This document shows, piece after piece, positions 12,746 through 24,406 of a DNA stretch of 64,000 bases. Location of the stretch: NCBI GenBank assembly GCA_000091205.1, contig AP006496.2; one strand, 5' to 3'. The translations under genes and the position numbers were made by a program. This DNA is from Cyanidioschyzon merolae. Taxonomy: Eukaryota. Numbering within the stretch: the stretch's first letter is position 1; every line of letters begins with the position of its first letter. The notes beneath the pieces are model-generated. The model was not told the origin of the DNA. It saw only the letters and a program-made list of their open reading frames with translations, and did no database searches.

Positions 12746-14731
12746 ATGCTCACCGGCTGGACCGTGCACTCGCCGACGGTTCTGAGCTGGGTTCTCGTCG
12801 GGTTTCACGCCAAACATGGACACCAAATTGAATGTGCAGAGTTAGCGGATGAGCTGTCGGTGAACTGGCAAGTGAACCAGCCAGAAGAACGCTCCGGAGC
12901 TTCAGCGCAGAACCTCAGCAATGACTGGCTTCGCGAGGTGGCCGTGCGAGCGCTTCCCGACGGTGCCCATGAACGCGACCACGACATCGTGTACTTCACC
13001 GTTCGACACTGCGTCACTGTCGACACGTTGTACGGTGTAGCTTGCTACCGACAGCGTCAGGTGGACTGCAGTCGCATCGCTAGCGCTGAGGAGGCTGCTG
13101 CAACAGCCCGAGGTCTCGTCCAAAAGTCTGTGGTATTGTTGAGTCGCTGGCCTCTGTATGCGCTTCTAGCGAGTCGACTAGAGCCGGTGGTTGCCAGTTA
13201 CTTTGCGAAACATAACTTTGGGCAGGTAGACTGCTTCCGGACCTTGGTTACGACGCTGAATGAAGAGGTAGCGGCTGCATTGGGCGACCCTGAAGTGCAA
13301 CGACTGCCGGTATCGACACCAGTGCCAGTGCAGCGACTACCAGCGTGCCTGGATCGCTACGTCTTTGGCGACACGTGTCTCCAACAGCTGGTGACGCGGC
13401 TTCGACGGGACTTGTTGCGCCTGATCAAACTCGTTTTATTAGAAAGGCGCGTTTTGGTCGTTGGGTCACCAGTCGAGCTCGTGGCTAAGGCAGTGCTTTC
13501 GCTGGTCAGCGTTTTCCCGGCCGAGTGTCTGGAGCCGCCACCGAACTCGGGGCGGGACGCTGCACTTGACCTAGCGACGTGCTGTACACTAGCACAACTT
13601 CCTTTTGGTCTGTTCGACCTGTATGGAAGCACGGGCGTGATTCGTGTTGAACCGTATGTGCCGCTGGCGTCTCTACAACCAACGTTAGCCGAACGAGACG
13701 CTGATACTGCTGCTGCCACAACAACGCGCTGGATCGTTGGGGTATCTACACCTGTCGGTCGACTATTTGCGGATGCTTGTCGGTCTGCTGGGGTCTTTGA
13801 ACGCTCACCGGTGCGATCCCTATTCGTAACAGGGCGCTCGGCGTCTGCGCAGACACCACACTCGGTACCTGAGTCGATGTCTCCGGAGCGCAGCGACACC
13901 AGGCCAGCCAAGGCTTCGTGGCGGCCGATGAACGCCTTCCCGCAGCCGCCAGATGCACTGGTGCACCTTGAGCGAGGTCGGGTCTATTTCACGCCGGAAC
14001 TCGCGTCACTTTTAGAGCTAACTCGTTCAGAGAAACGTTTCATAGATGAGCTGGTCCATGCGACTGCACGCGGAGCACTGAACGAGTCAGCAGTGCGAGC
14101 ACGCCTTCAATGGTACATCGTGAAGCTTGCCTTGATAGCTGCAGTGGCTGGTGATGATGCCCCCATGCCCGCTGAACAGCAACCTGCTCTGATCGATGAA
14201 CTAGGTCTCCCGTTTTTCCAGCACTGGAATCGTCATACAACGCATTTTCGACGCTGGCACGCTTCATTGCATAGGGCACATGCGACGCTGCGACGCAACG
14301 CACTGGGACATGTGTTGCGGTACGCGTCGAGCATGCCGACTGCCGTCGATGAACAACAGCAACAACAACATTCGATGCGCGCCTCCTTCGAGGAGCTGGA
14401 CGCGGGGCTGGGGCTGCATTCGCTTCGCCAGGCTTGGATGCGCTGGTGGCGCTCCGCTACCTCCACGGACGATACTCGACGGCAGTCGTCGTGGAGAGTG
14501 CATCACGGAACTGCGGTCACTCGAGTCGAGAGCCGTGGAGCCAGCGATGCTTGGCAGCGCTCCTGGGCACTGCCGTCCATCTCCGCGGGTACCATTGCCG
14601 ACGAAGCATGGGCGTCATCTGGCGAAGCGTCAACGATTCCGCAGGCGAAAGCGCACCTGATGACGCCAGCGGTTGCCGCTGCCTTCACGTCGACGGATAT
14701 CACGTTATTGCGGGATCGCTTGTCGCCCTGA
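12746..14731 (+). CDS. AVL9/DENN-domain protein, with uDENN and cDENN regions.
   Basis: VLVGFHAKHGHQIE (uDENN-like) and KLVLLERRVLVVGSPVELVAKAVLSLVSVFP (cDENN-like). First in-frame ATG is at 12746; the ORF track's M at 12698 is GTG. Confidence 0.6.
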   Translation: MLTGWTVHSPTVLSWVLVGFHAKHGHQIECAELADELSVNWQVNQPEERSGASAQNLSNDWLREVAVRALPDGAHERDHDIVYFTVRHCVTVDTLYGVACYRQRQVDCSRIASAEEAAATARGLVQKSVVLLSRWPLYALLASRLEPVVASYFAKHNFGQVDCFRTLVTTLNEEVAAALGDPEVQRLPVSTPVPVQRLPACLDRYVFGDTCLQQLVTRLRRDLLRLIKLVLLERRVLVVGSPVELVAKAVLSLVSVFPAECLEPPPNSGRDAALDLATCCTLAQLPFGLFDLYGSTGVIRVEPYVPLASLQPTLAERDADTAAATTTRWIVGVSTPVGRLFADACRSAGVFERSPVRSLFVTGRSASAQTPHSVPESMSPERSDTRPAKASWRPMNAFPQPPDALVHLERGRVYFTPELASLLELTRSEKRFIDELVHATARGALNESAVRARLQWYIVKLALIAAVAGDDAPMPAEQQPALIDELGLPFFQHWNRHTTHFRRWHASLHRAHATLRRNALGHVLRYASSMPTAVDEQQQQQHSMRASFEELDAGLGLHSLRQAWMRWWRSATSTDDTRRQSSWRVHHGTAVTRVESRGASDAWQRSWALPSISAGTIADEAWASSGEASTIPQAKAHLMTPAVAAAFTSTDITLLRDRLSP

Positions 14732-15953
14732 TAGCAATGACGACACTCATCGCGCGGGAGAGGCGGTGGAGGTGGCGCTCTATGAGCAGCACAGATATTT
14801 CTCGATGTATCATTGTAAACGCGGGACTTGTAGATTCGTGTCTTTGGCACCAACGGACACCTCTTCTGTACAGAGCGGTGCATGCTGGAATGCTTGTACC
14901 AGTTTATCCTTATTGTTTTCGTTTGTTTCTCGTGCAAGGAGTTCAATAAAAGGAATGTGTCTCGTGGACTGGACAGAGATCGCGGAAAGCTTTGATGTTG
15001 TGGTCGCTATTGGCTTGCGATAATGAGCGACCTGACTATCCCAGGGCTCGGTATTGTCGAGCGTTGGGCATGCGCGCTCTCAGGGCCGTATCGAGAAGCG
15101 CGGAATACCTGGCACACTTCATGCCGTGAGCACACGAGCGATCCAGTGGCACACGCGGACGATCTTTGGTAGGTGTACATGGTGCTGCACTGGGGTTGCA
15201 AAGCGTTTCTTCTGCATGAAGGCAAGAGGCGTGCATTCGCTAACTTGTTCAATGCGTTGGAAAATAAAAAATGACTCCCAATTCGCGTCATGTGGTGGTA
15301 GCCTCCAGCGATGGATGTGCGGTTGCGCGCAAGAGCTGCCTGGTCTCTGCTGCTTCGAGGAGCGCGTAGAACGAGTGCAGGAATCGATGCTGCAAGATTC
15401 ACGTCAACTCATTCAGGACGACGTACAGGCATCACGAGCTCTGGTCAAAATTGAAATACGTAGAGAAGAAGAGAGCGCAACAGAGACGGATGCATGAAAT
15501 GGTGTACGGTATGCTGAGCGTACGTCAGCATGGGTTCCAAGTGAATCCAACGGGCTTGCACAGGTGTGTGTGTGTGTATGTGTTTGTGTGATTCCATCAG
15601 CTACGAAGCACCCATGTACGTTCTATATGGGGAATCGCATGCCCCGACGAACACCGGAAATGTATTGTGCTTCGAGAGCGCCCGTCGGTTTTGTGTGGAG
15701 CGAACTGGCGAGTGAATCGTTTAGTACTCAGTTTGGGCCCTGCGCTGAAACGCTGCAGAGTTTCGATGCAAAGTATCAGTTGCCAGAATCGAGGCGTTGA
15801 AATCTCGCTTGGATCGAGGCACTCTTCTGGTGCGGTCAACAGCCAAGCAAGGCTGGGGCACCATACAGATACACCGGCAACGGAGTTCCTGGAATTTTCG
15901 TGAACAAAAATGGTGTCCCGTGATCCCATGCTCCAGAGTCCAGATCGTTGGGG

Positions 15954-16436
15954 TTAGGATACAGGCTCCACGCTGGCCATGATGCCCTCTGCTAGCAGAC
16001 GTCCACAGCAGCACTCGGCGAGCCGCTCACTCGGCATGAGCACCTCGGCTCGTCCGCACCGCTCCAGTATTCGAGCGGTCGCCACGGCCGTGCCAAAGCC
16101 CATTTGCGGGACATGGCTTACGAGAGCGCGCACAACGTGCTCCGTGGAGTGGCCCTGCTCGAGCGTCTGTGCTCGGAAGAGCACAACTCGATAGACCGGC
16201 GCGCGTATCGTCCAGTTTTCGGGGCCTGTGGTCGACGGCTGGGCGCTGCTGGCTCCAGCGGCGCTGGGCGCAGCGGCGACAGCAGCGTTCGCCGGAGCGC
16301 TGCGACTGGACTCTCCCTTAGTATCACGGAAGAAAGACGGCAAGCGTTGGACGCGTTCCAACTCGCGAGCAGAGGCGCGCGGAGCGCCTCGTCGTCGGGC
16401 AGCAAGCCACGCTGCCGTGGTCTCCAACAGCACCAT
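15954..16436 (-). CDS. clpS: ClpS-like ATP-dependent Clp protease adaptor with an N-terminal presequence. The ORF stays open upstream to 16742.
   Basis: C-terminal core YRVVLFRAQTLEQGHSTEHVVRALVSHVPQMGFGTAVATARILERCGRAEVL...RLLAEGIMASVEP matches the ClpS fold consensus. ATG at 16436. Confidence 0.55.
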   Translation of the reverse strand: MVLLETTAAWLAARRRGAPRASARELERVQRLPSFFRDTKGESSRSAPANAAVAAAPSAAGASSAQPSTTGPENWTIRAPVYRVVLFRAQTLEQGHSTEHVVRALVSHVPQMGFGTAVATARILERCGRAEVLMPSERLAECCCGRLLAEGIMASVEPVS

Positions 16437-16851
16437 CAGCTGCACGCGAACAACTGCAGGCGCAGGTCGAGCCGGTTGTGCGTTTCCGTGAGGACTCCCA
16501 TTGGGCGTTGCTGCGTGCTGCTCAGGAGGTTGCCCAAAACGACGCTCCTCATCAACACCGTCGTCACTGCTGCCGCTCGCCGCTGTACTAGCGTAACACG
16601 AACAGCGCCGACGCTTCGGAGCAACCACGCCCGCGGGCGCTCCGCTGACGCTCCAACGGTGCCCAGGTTGTAGGCGTTGCAAGGTACACACGACGAAAAC
16701 CATACCGGTGTTTACGCCAGAGTCGAGCGTCACGATGTGCAACTTTCAGCAACACTTATGCGCAGTAGATAGTACGTACGGGCGCCGCAGCCAAACGCCT
16801 TTCGAAAGTCGAACGACGTCGGGCGTGTACAGTAGCGGCGACCGGCGGCCT

Positions 16852-19189
16852 AGACGTAACGCTTCCAGCTGGTGTGCAGACGCCTCCCAGCGTTTCTCGG
16901 CGGGCCACGTACTATTTCTTCTAATTTCGTCTCATATACTTCTACTTTTCGAGATTGTCCAACAAAATTCCCTCTTGTCTACTCTGGAGGTCTGTTCTCC
17001 AGCACTGCCCATCTCCGGATATTGATAGCGGCGTTAAAGTCACGATTCACAAAATCCATACGTCTCCTGCAATCTCTGGTTGTACTTTCTGATGCAAGTA
17101 GTCCACGAACTTTCGCTCTCCTTTCAATTTGCTCTTCCGTCAGCGGTTCGTGCTTTGCTATTTCCGAACGGCTCGTTGGCACTTTTCCATCTCCACTGTC
17201 TGAAGTGTACAACCCATTTCATGGTGTGTATAGGACGTTCGGAACTCATGTACAGGTATCGTGAAGAAACGCCTTGCGCACTCTTTGTATGTTCTTGCCG
17301 TTGGAACTGGCGCAGTCCCTTTTTTCGACGCCGAGCACCCTGCTCTGTACGCTACTACGAGCCTCTGACTTTCATCCTCCTTCAGGGCGCTCAACTGATT
17401 GAAAAAATTCGCGAACGCCCGCTGCTTCCCACAATACAAGTTCATTCACAAACGAGCCCACCGGGGCTTGGTATACTCCTCCCACAGCGCCTCCCAATGA
17501 GCAGCGCGAACTTTCATGAATTTCCGAAAAGCTTCAAAGTCCGCTCCTCGGCTAGTCACCTCGCTCAAAGCTTCCATGTGATCCTTCACTCCTGAATTCC
17601 ATTTCTCGATTTTCTTCCTTGCATTCATTATACCGGATTCTCGATAGTATCTTGGTCTCGAGAACCTCAAAAGACGCATGTCTCTCTAACGAAAGTTACC
17701 ACCAGTACTATCTTCCGCACGCTTCGGTGCTGCGATGGTGATGATATTCGTATTCCCGGGGTCCGCGCCAACGACAAAGTCGTTATCTTGTACTTTCTGT
17801 GCCGCAGGATCCGCCTTCTTGTTTTCTTCATGCTTCGTCGCGCCAACGACAAAGTCGTTATCTTCCACTTTCTGGGTCGCAGGATCCTCCTCTTTCTTTT
17901 CTTCATGCTCCGCCGCGTCAACGACAATGTGGTTATCCTCCACCTCCTGCGTCGCAGGATCCTCCTCTTTCTTTTCTTCATGCTCCGCCGCGTCAACGAC
18001 AAAGTCGTTATCCTCCGTCTCCTGCGTAGCAGGGTGCGCCTCCTTCTCATCTTCATGCCTCGCCGCATCAACGACATGGTCGTTATCTTCCACCTCCTGC
18101 ATGAGAGGATCCTCCTCTTTGTTTTCTTCATCCTTCGTCATGGGCGCAGTCGAGGGCGGAATTGGACGATCTTTCTTCAACCGCCGATAGTGTATACACA
18201 TGGCTACTCCATCGGTTTCGATCAACCCAGTAAATACCTTTTGTTTGGTCTCTTTGAGACGTTTGAAATTGAAGATATTCTTCCAGTACGTCTCCCGGTT
18301 ATCACCGGAGAACTCCTTGTTGCTAACATTGAACTCCGGACAGATCTCCTTCATGATGCCATGAAGGATCCTGGAGTCGATACTCACAAAATGTGACTTG
18401 ATGTTGCACAACGGAACCACGTTGAACCGCTTACCCATTAGGAAAGCCTTCTGTCTCTCCCACTCTTCATTTTTCCTCACTCAGCTTCATCTCCGCCTTG
18501 CGTTCGAGTTCTCGATTCAGGAATACGAAATAGAGCAGGATGAGTTGATAGCATCTTTTTTCATCTTTTTTGAACTCTGATATTTTTTCTGTTGGATTCG
18601 CCAGCCCCATGACTGCACGGTGCTCTTGTATAACCGCACGGATTACAGAAGCCTCATTCGTGCTCTCGTTTGGCGCCTTCTTGTCGACAAATTCGACCTC
18701 ATCTTCATACTTTCGATCGTTCGTGATGCCATTGATAATCGCCCATATTCCTTTGCGAGACAGGCCCGGGTAGAGTGGAAACACGGTGCGTATTATGAAA
18801 CGTTCGAGGTTCATTGTCAAATGGTTCTTCAGGTTCGTGATGTGCTTCATCGCCCCGTAGCCGTAAATACCCCGGTCACCCTTGTATCGAGTACCGTTGA
18901 AGCTGTAAAAGGGATGTTTTTCGTGGGGGCCATGCACTAGCACATTTTCCCTCCGCGTTTTCTCTCCACCAAGCATCAGGTGTCGAATAAAGGTGATGTC
19001 GAAAAACTCGTCTGGAATCTCGACCGTTTCGATGTGCGTCACGTCTTTGTACATCTCCCTCGCCAAATGCATCAGCCCTGACGACGCCTTGACAATACTC
19101 TTGGAGTACGAGTCGACGCGTTTTTCGATAGCGTCTCGCAACTTTTCCCTGTACGGATCCTTGATATGGCCAAGAAGAAAGGCTCTCAT
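16852..19189 (-). pseudogene. Fanzor1-like (TnpB-like) RuvC nuclease gene, disrupted. Ruv[18 protein letters not shown], RuvC-II region IPVHEFRTSYTHHE, zinc finger, RuvC-III VNRDFNAAINI.
   Basis: Main ATG at 19189. One frameshift near KAEMKLSEEK/EWERQ. Nonsense TAG where B has CAG (GGNFR*RDMRLL). Frameshifts at PRWARL/MNLYCG and after MEKCQR. Nonsense TAG where B has TTG (RPPE*TRGNF). The coding tail ...RGNFVGQSRKVEVYETKLEEIVRGPPRNAGRRLHTSWKRYV* is conserved with B at the amino-acid level. Confidence 0.75.
17745..18125 (-). repeat. In-frame 75-bp coding tandem repeat, about 5 copies, encoding roughly [25 protein letters not shown], inside the Fanzor-like ORF just upstream of RuvC-I.
   Basis: Period 75 nt (for example 17877 and 17952). 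Copy B has about 2 units (27.16-27.26 kb). Confidence 0.85.
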
Positions 19190-19399
19190 CACCTTCTCGT
19201 CGTACAGTCGTCTTTCTTGCCGCCTTCGACGTAGGACCTCTCCCCTTCGGTTCTTTTTCTTCTCCTTTTCTTCTGGGCTCGGCACTGTTTTTCGTTTTTT
19301 CTGGCAGCCAGCGATACTGGGCCTCCAGGATCGTCGACTTGCTTTTTCATAGCTTTCCTTTTTCAGTTTTTTTAAATGAACCCGCTGTGAATGCTTCGG

Positions 19400-19406
19400 T
19401 TATATA
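19400..19406 (-). promoter_or_regulatory. Conserved TATATAA box about 50 bp upstream of the uORF ATG (19350) of element copy A.
   Basis: cgcagTATATAAccgaagc in A aligns to cgcggTATATAAcagaagc in B (25857-25863) within the conserved 5' end. Confidence 0.45.
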
Positions 19407-20799
19407 CTGCGAAAAAACACTTGGCCAGACTTGTTTGAGGGTTGAAACACCAATGAACTGAAAACTATATTTTTGTTCGACTCCGACGCAAATACAACTT
19501 TTACAGCTGAACAACACGCTCCTGGTCAGCATCGCGGTTCCTTTCAACGGCGGCATGTGCATCGCGTCAGTTGACTGCCTGATCTCCGAGATGCGTTCAT
19601 TAAGCGCAATGCGTCCATCGCACGAGACGCCACTCCAGTCGATGAAGGACACGTGTCCGACACCCCGCATTGGCACATGCGTGTTCGCATCGCATTGCAG
19701 CCAAACTAAAGTATCGTAGATAGGAAACTCACGTAGAACGATCTCTTGCTATAGACGCTGTCGCTGGTGCCGAAGCTACTGCCCATCGCAGTACCGCCTG
19801 GACATACATGGAAATGTTGGGACCTAACGCGATACCTCGTGATGCTTCTATCAAAAGCGTAGCGTTCTCTGCGGCTTACCGTTGTGTGGATGACGTATGC
19901 ATCACTCTTCTCACTAGGAATTTCGTTAGTTTTATTCATCGTAACCAAACTAGGTACGGTGGGATTCCTGAACACGGACATACGTTTAATGCCGATGCTT
20001 GTCACGCATGCTACACTGACGCTGGAATGAGGAACTGACCTGAATTGTGCTTCTATCCTGCGTCATAGGCTGGTACTGATGACCGTTCAAGTCATTTCCA
20101 TGCTGCTGTCGTTGTCTAACTTATGGTGCCTGCTTCGTCCTCCGGATCCGGTGATCTTGGCAGAGGCATAGCACACTCGACCGGCCCCCTGCTATCGGTT
20201 TCAGCTTCTCCTTGTTCACCTCTGGCCTGGGAGGTTCCCCCAGAAAGTTGGACCGCGTCAGCTCCGCCGGTCGCGCGTTCATCACCATTCATCATCTGAT
20301 ATTGATGGCGTTTTGTCTGAAACGCTCGTGATAGAGCTGAGGTCAAGAAGCGATCAATCTTGACCGACGCTATCAAACGAGCGGTACCAGAAGCTGAGGG
20401 CTGCAGCCGGCACCAGGTGCTCTGATGCCTACATGCTGGCCGTGAATAGTGCGTGACGAAGTCGCACAGCATGCCACGGTTTCCTAGTACGTAAACCAAG
20501 CACGTATTCGAAACGTTCGGGTTCAGTGTGATGACGAGTCGCCGCTACGGCATTCTGGGAAAATCATCCGAGTGCGCTATGGTTGTTCGAACATCGAGCA
20601 TCATCACGTGTATGGGTGCGTTTCACTGCACGAGTTGCAACGATCATCGAATCCACCATCATCCAAAAGTGACGAAAATTTACAAGCGTACCGGGCTCGC
20701 ACCTCCAGGTCAGGACGTGCCCACCAGCACGCAAACAAATTTCGTGCCCTGCTGTGCTTTCACCAAAAACGAAAGGAAACATGCGTTTCCTCGACCAGG

Positions 20800-21079
20800 G
20801 ATAGAGGGTTCCGAATTCCTTCAGATACTGCCGATGTTTCGTCCGAACCCAGACCAGCATCTGCAGTGTGCCCACGAGCATACACAGGATGCCTGCGATT
20901 GTTCGCATCATCGAGATCAATCCTACCCACGCCAGTACCTCAAATATGCAGTTCGGATACGACACGAACTCGAAAAGCAAGCCGAATGGGATCCGCCACC
21001 AGCAGCGGCCGCGAAACCCGATTGCAAACCGCTCCCGCAAGCCATTTGGGCAAACGAGTGGTGCAGCGCGCATATTCAT
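20800..21079 (-). CDS. Exon encoding the C-terminal domain of a 3-oxo-5-alpha-steroid 4-dehydrogenase-family protein (SRD5A/TECR/polyprenol reductase-like). Gene structure is incomplete.
   Basis: GLLFEFVSYPNCIFEVLAWVGLISMM...LVWVRTKHRQYLKEFGTLYPWSRKRMFPFVF matches PF02544. The ORF has no stop after the conserved end, so either an intron or a C-terminal extension follows. Confidence 0.45.
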
Positions 21080-21664
21080 ATAATGCAGCAGCAGTAGCAG
21101 CAGCAGAGTGCATCTAGGGGTGTGCGTGGATGGTGAGCATGCGTTGCGCAGCTACGATGTGCTTTCGTTGAATGCGGCAGATAGCTGCATGGATCGTTGC
21201 GTGCGGTGCGCTGCTGTGATGCGCTTTACGGGCGGCGTTCGGGAAACCTGCTTTTGCCTCACGGGAGCGCGCGTCAGTGTCGAGTAGCCCGTCGGCAGGG
21301 CCGGACAGCATCTCTTGCAAACGAGTCCGCTGGCAGCGAATCGAGCAGGCGATACGACGTTGCGCTCGTCATCGGATATCGGCACTGCAAGGCACACGGA
21401 TACCTGTAGAGCTCGTAGTTGATCGGTCTGCAACACGGTTCGGCATGCGCCTCGCCAGGGAACTGCAGAGCAAGTGTGTGCGTGCACAAACGATGCGCGC
21501 TCTGGGCTGGAAAACGACGCTGCGTCGCAGCTTGTGTCCGCAAAATATACGTACTCCTCTGGTTCGGTATCGGAAACCGCAGTAGCTACTCGCGCAGGTG
21601 CTGCTGACACAGGTATCGATTGCGCGGCGCCTGAGCGCAATATCCAACCGCCGCGACTCTGCGC

Positions 21665-21994
21665 TCACATGTGCGCTTCGATGCCACGGAGGATTTCTTC
21701 GGCCTTGGCGCCGTTAATCGTGAGCACGCGGTCACCATTCTTGTAGAAATGAAAGCTCGGTACGCTGCGAATACCAGCGGCCTTCATCATCATAGATGTT
21801 TCCTTGGACTTATCCCCCACCACTTTTAAGAACACCACGTCGGTGTACTCCTCACTCCATGATTCCATCTTCGGTTCCATGAGTTTGCACGGCCCGCACC
21901 AGGTGGTCCCGTAATCGACAACAATGAGCTTGTTCCCCGCTTCCGACAGGATGCGTTCCATTTCCTCTTGTGAATCAACTTCCCGAACCGCCAT
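21665..21994 (-). CDS. trx: Thioredoxin (h-type fold). The ORF extends upstream to 22240, with a His7 tract.
   Basis: WCGPC active site. Full thioredoxin fold alignment: LIVVDYGTTWCGPCKLMEPKMESWSEEY...VVFLKVVGDKS. ATG at 21994. Confidence 0.8.
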   Translation of the reverse strand: MAVREVDSQEEMERILSEAGNKLIVVDYGTTWCGPCKLMEPKMESWSEEYTDVVFLKVVGDKSKETSMMMKAAGIRSVPSFHFYKNGDRVLTINGAKAEEILRGIEAHM

Positions 21995-22428
21995 CCTAGG
22001 CCGAAGCGAACCCAGAGGCCTGCGGCGGCTGTAGCTGTAGCTGCAGCGGTGGTGGTGGTGGTGGTGGTGTCCAGACCCAACGCCCTGCTGCACCGTTCCG
22101 AGGGCGTGTCGGCGCCATAGCGGCGCTTTACTGCCACTAGCAAGCAAGGCCCGTGTACACACCGCGCCACTACCGAGGTCAGCGCGTTTCCCGACCGATC
22201 CCGCAACAGGTACTGATACAAAGCAACTGATTCCTACCATTTCCGTCTCTCAGGGTCCTGCTTGTGTGGAGTACACGTTGCCCAGCAAAGCACCAGCGTA
22301 GAGCAGTCGCCACAACGATCTCCGCGCCTGTGCGCTGCGGCTGGCGCACTGCCGCATCTCATCGAGGCGAGATCGCGGCGCCTGGAAGTGGACATCAGCG
22401 GCGGCAGCGGCGGCAGCGGCAGCAGGTG

Positions 22429-22630
22429 TCACGAGCACGGGGTGCGGACATATACCAACGAACATACGGTGTGTCGATGGGTGCTGCTTTGGGTGTCACG
22501 CGCACGGGGTTCCGAAGTATATCAGTGAACATACGATGTGTCGATGGGCGCTGCTTTGGGTGTCACGCGCACGGGGTGCGGACGTATATCAGTGAACATA
22601 CGGTGTGTCGATGGGCGCTGCATTGGATGA
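22429..22630. repeat. Tandem repeat with a 67-bp unit, 3 copies.
   Basis: gtcacg(c)gcacggggtgcggacgtatatcagtgaacatacggtgtgtcgatgggcgctgctttgggt at 22429, 22496 and 22563. Confidence 0.85.
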
Positions 22631-24406
22631 GCGTCGATTGCGATCGTTTGCCAGATGAAGCATTTCTAGAAGCGGATGTACACCTCCTAACGCATGATAT
22701 TTCCTGTATGGATGCGTCCGTTGCTTGACAAGGCCAGGGTGATCTCGACTTCGGATCGGATGCTGTTGATGATACGCCAATGATCGAGAGATCATTCGGG
22801 TATCGAAAGCATGATCGGTCTCGTGTACCAGATAGATTGCAATCGCGAATACTGGAACCGAGGAGCACCCCAGTACGCGAGCGCTCGCAACACGTGTCCC
22901 CACTGAGCGAGCGCCTCACTGGGCGACATCGGCCTCGTGGTGAAGCGTCGCAGCGTGCCCCTATTCATAAGCAACGACGATGCTGCAGTCCTGGCGCTGC
23001 GATTGTGCCGTTTGTGGTCTGCTAGTATTATTTTGACACGGTTCGACACCTGATACCGAGGGCTCGCGCTGCCGCGGGATGCCCAGCTCCGGTTTTCGAT
23101 CCCCGCCTTCGAGCGCTGCCTTTCGGATTCAACGACCGGCTCAGCAGCGAGACTAGTGACGAATCGTCTGAAAGCGCTGCTAGGACGCTGCGCACTGCCT
23201 CTGTGTACACGCGTAGGCGGTGGGTATCTGGATGCGACGCGCTCGGCTTTGCTCAGCGGAGCGCTTTTGTGCAACCATTGCGCATGTTGCTGCTCGGTTG
23301 CGACTTGGTCTGGATGGCAGTCTATTCGAGTCTGAAAGTCACGCATTAGGTCATGAGGGTCATTTTCACTTTAGTGACATGCAAAACGGAAAGCAGGTAC
23401 TCAATGTTCCAATGGGGTTTGCTTGCGTGCATCCATAGACGGCCCGCATCAAGCTTCCGCTCGATGCTGTTTCTGGCGCTGAGCATCGCGGGCACGCGGC
23501 ACTCGGCACTGTGAGGTGAGCAGCGACCTGCGCGAGCGCAACACATTACGGCCGCAGGAAGAGGTGTCGATCAAAGGGGTCGAACGGATTCCACTGCCCA
23601 TGGGTCACTCGGTGAAGCCGTTCGCATGTACCCGTTCCCAGTCATCATCAGCGTGTTGGGTATCGATCAGCGTTTGCGTTTCGCGCTTGAAGCAACTGCC
23701 TCTCTTCATATACCACGGATGCATCCGTATGCTCGGCTTGTATGGACCACGAACTGGATCCCATGTCAAGCAGGCAAACGGACGCGCTCTTTCGTGACCA
23801 ATACACAGCATCTGCTGAGCGTCGCTCGATCGCTTTCTTCCTTCCAGTCCGCGAATGCTCCGATGCGTGCTCGTTCGACGCGAAGTCGCACCAGAGAAAC
23901 TGCATCGAACAGAGTCCGTCATGCATCGTCGCAGGAAACACAGCATTATCATAAACACGCACGCTGCCTCGGGTCTTTTGAGCCTTGCGCACATCAAAAG
24001 TCAACAGGCCCGCTGCCGGGTGCATCGCGACGATCGTCAGCGATCAGTGCGTACCGTCCGAGATCGTGATTCCCTAACCAGCATGAGCGCGTCGTTCCTT
24101 GTACATCATCCACACTATAGTGCTGCGTCATCCACGCTCAGTGCTCACACGACGCGCCCAGCTCTAACAGATGCGCCGCCTGACTATTGCGCAGACAACC
24201 GGAGGCACACATCCGCGAAACCAGACATCGCCGGTATTTCCCCAGGCAAGTCATTTGCTGAACGCGCGGTCATTCAAGGGAGCCTATCGGGAAATGCCTA
24301 GAAATGACGAGCCCCTATGGCAGGTGCATGAGCCTTCACTGCCACCGTTCTATGCCTTCTGTCCTGAGACGCGCCGGCGCTGTCGCGGCCGTCGGTAAGC
24401 CAGCGC

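Larger units (their letters stand above)
16791..19690 (-). mobile_element. Copy A of the Fanzor/TnpB-like element. The 5' end with TATA and uORF is at 19.35-19.69 kb; the 3' conserved tail is at 16.79-16.85 kb.
   Basis: Nucleotide and protein homology to copy B along its full length. Boundaries are placed where A/B homology to flanking sequence is lost: 5' end gctgcaatgcgatgcgaac, 3' end ...ttcgactttcgaaaggcgtttgg. Confidence 0.75.

Noticed and set aside
17735-18396. Plus-strand Pro/Ser/Leu-rich ORFs (for example 17799..18029, [14 protein letters not shown] repeats)
   Set aside because: They are the antisense reading of the 75-bp coding repeat in Fanzor copy A.
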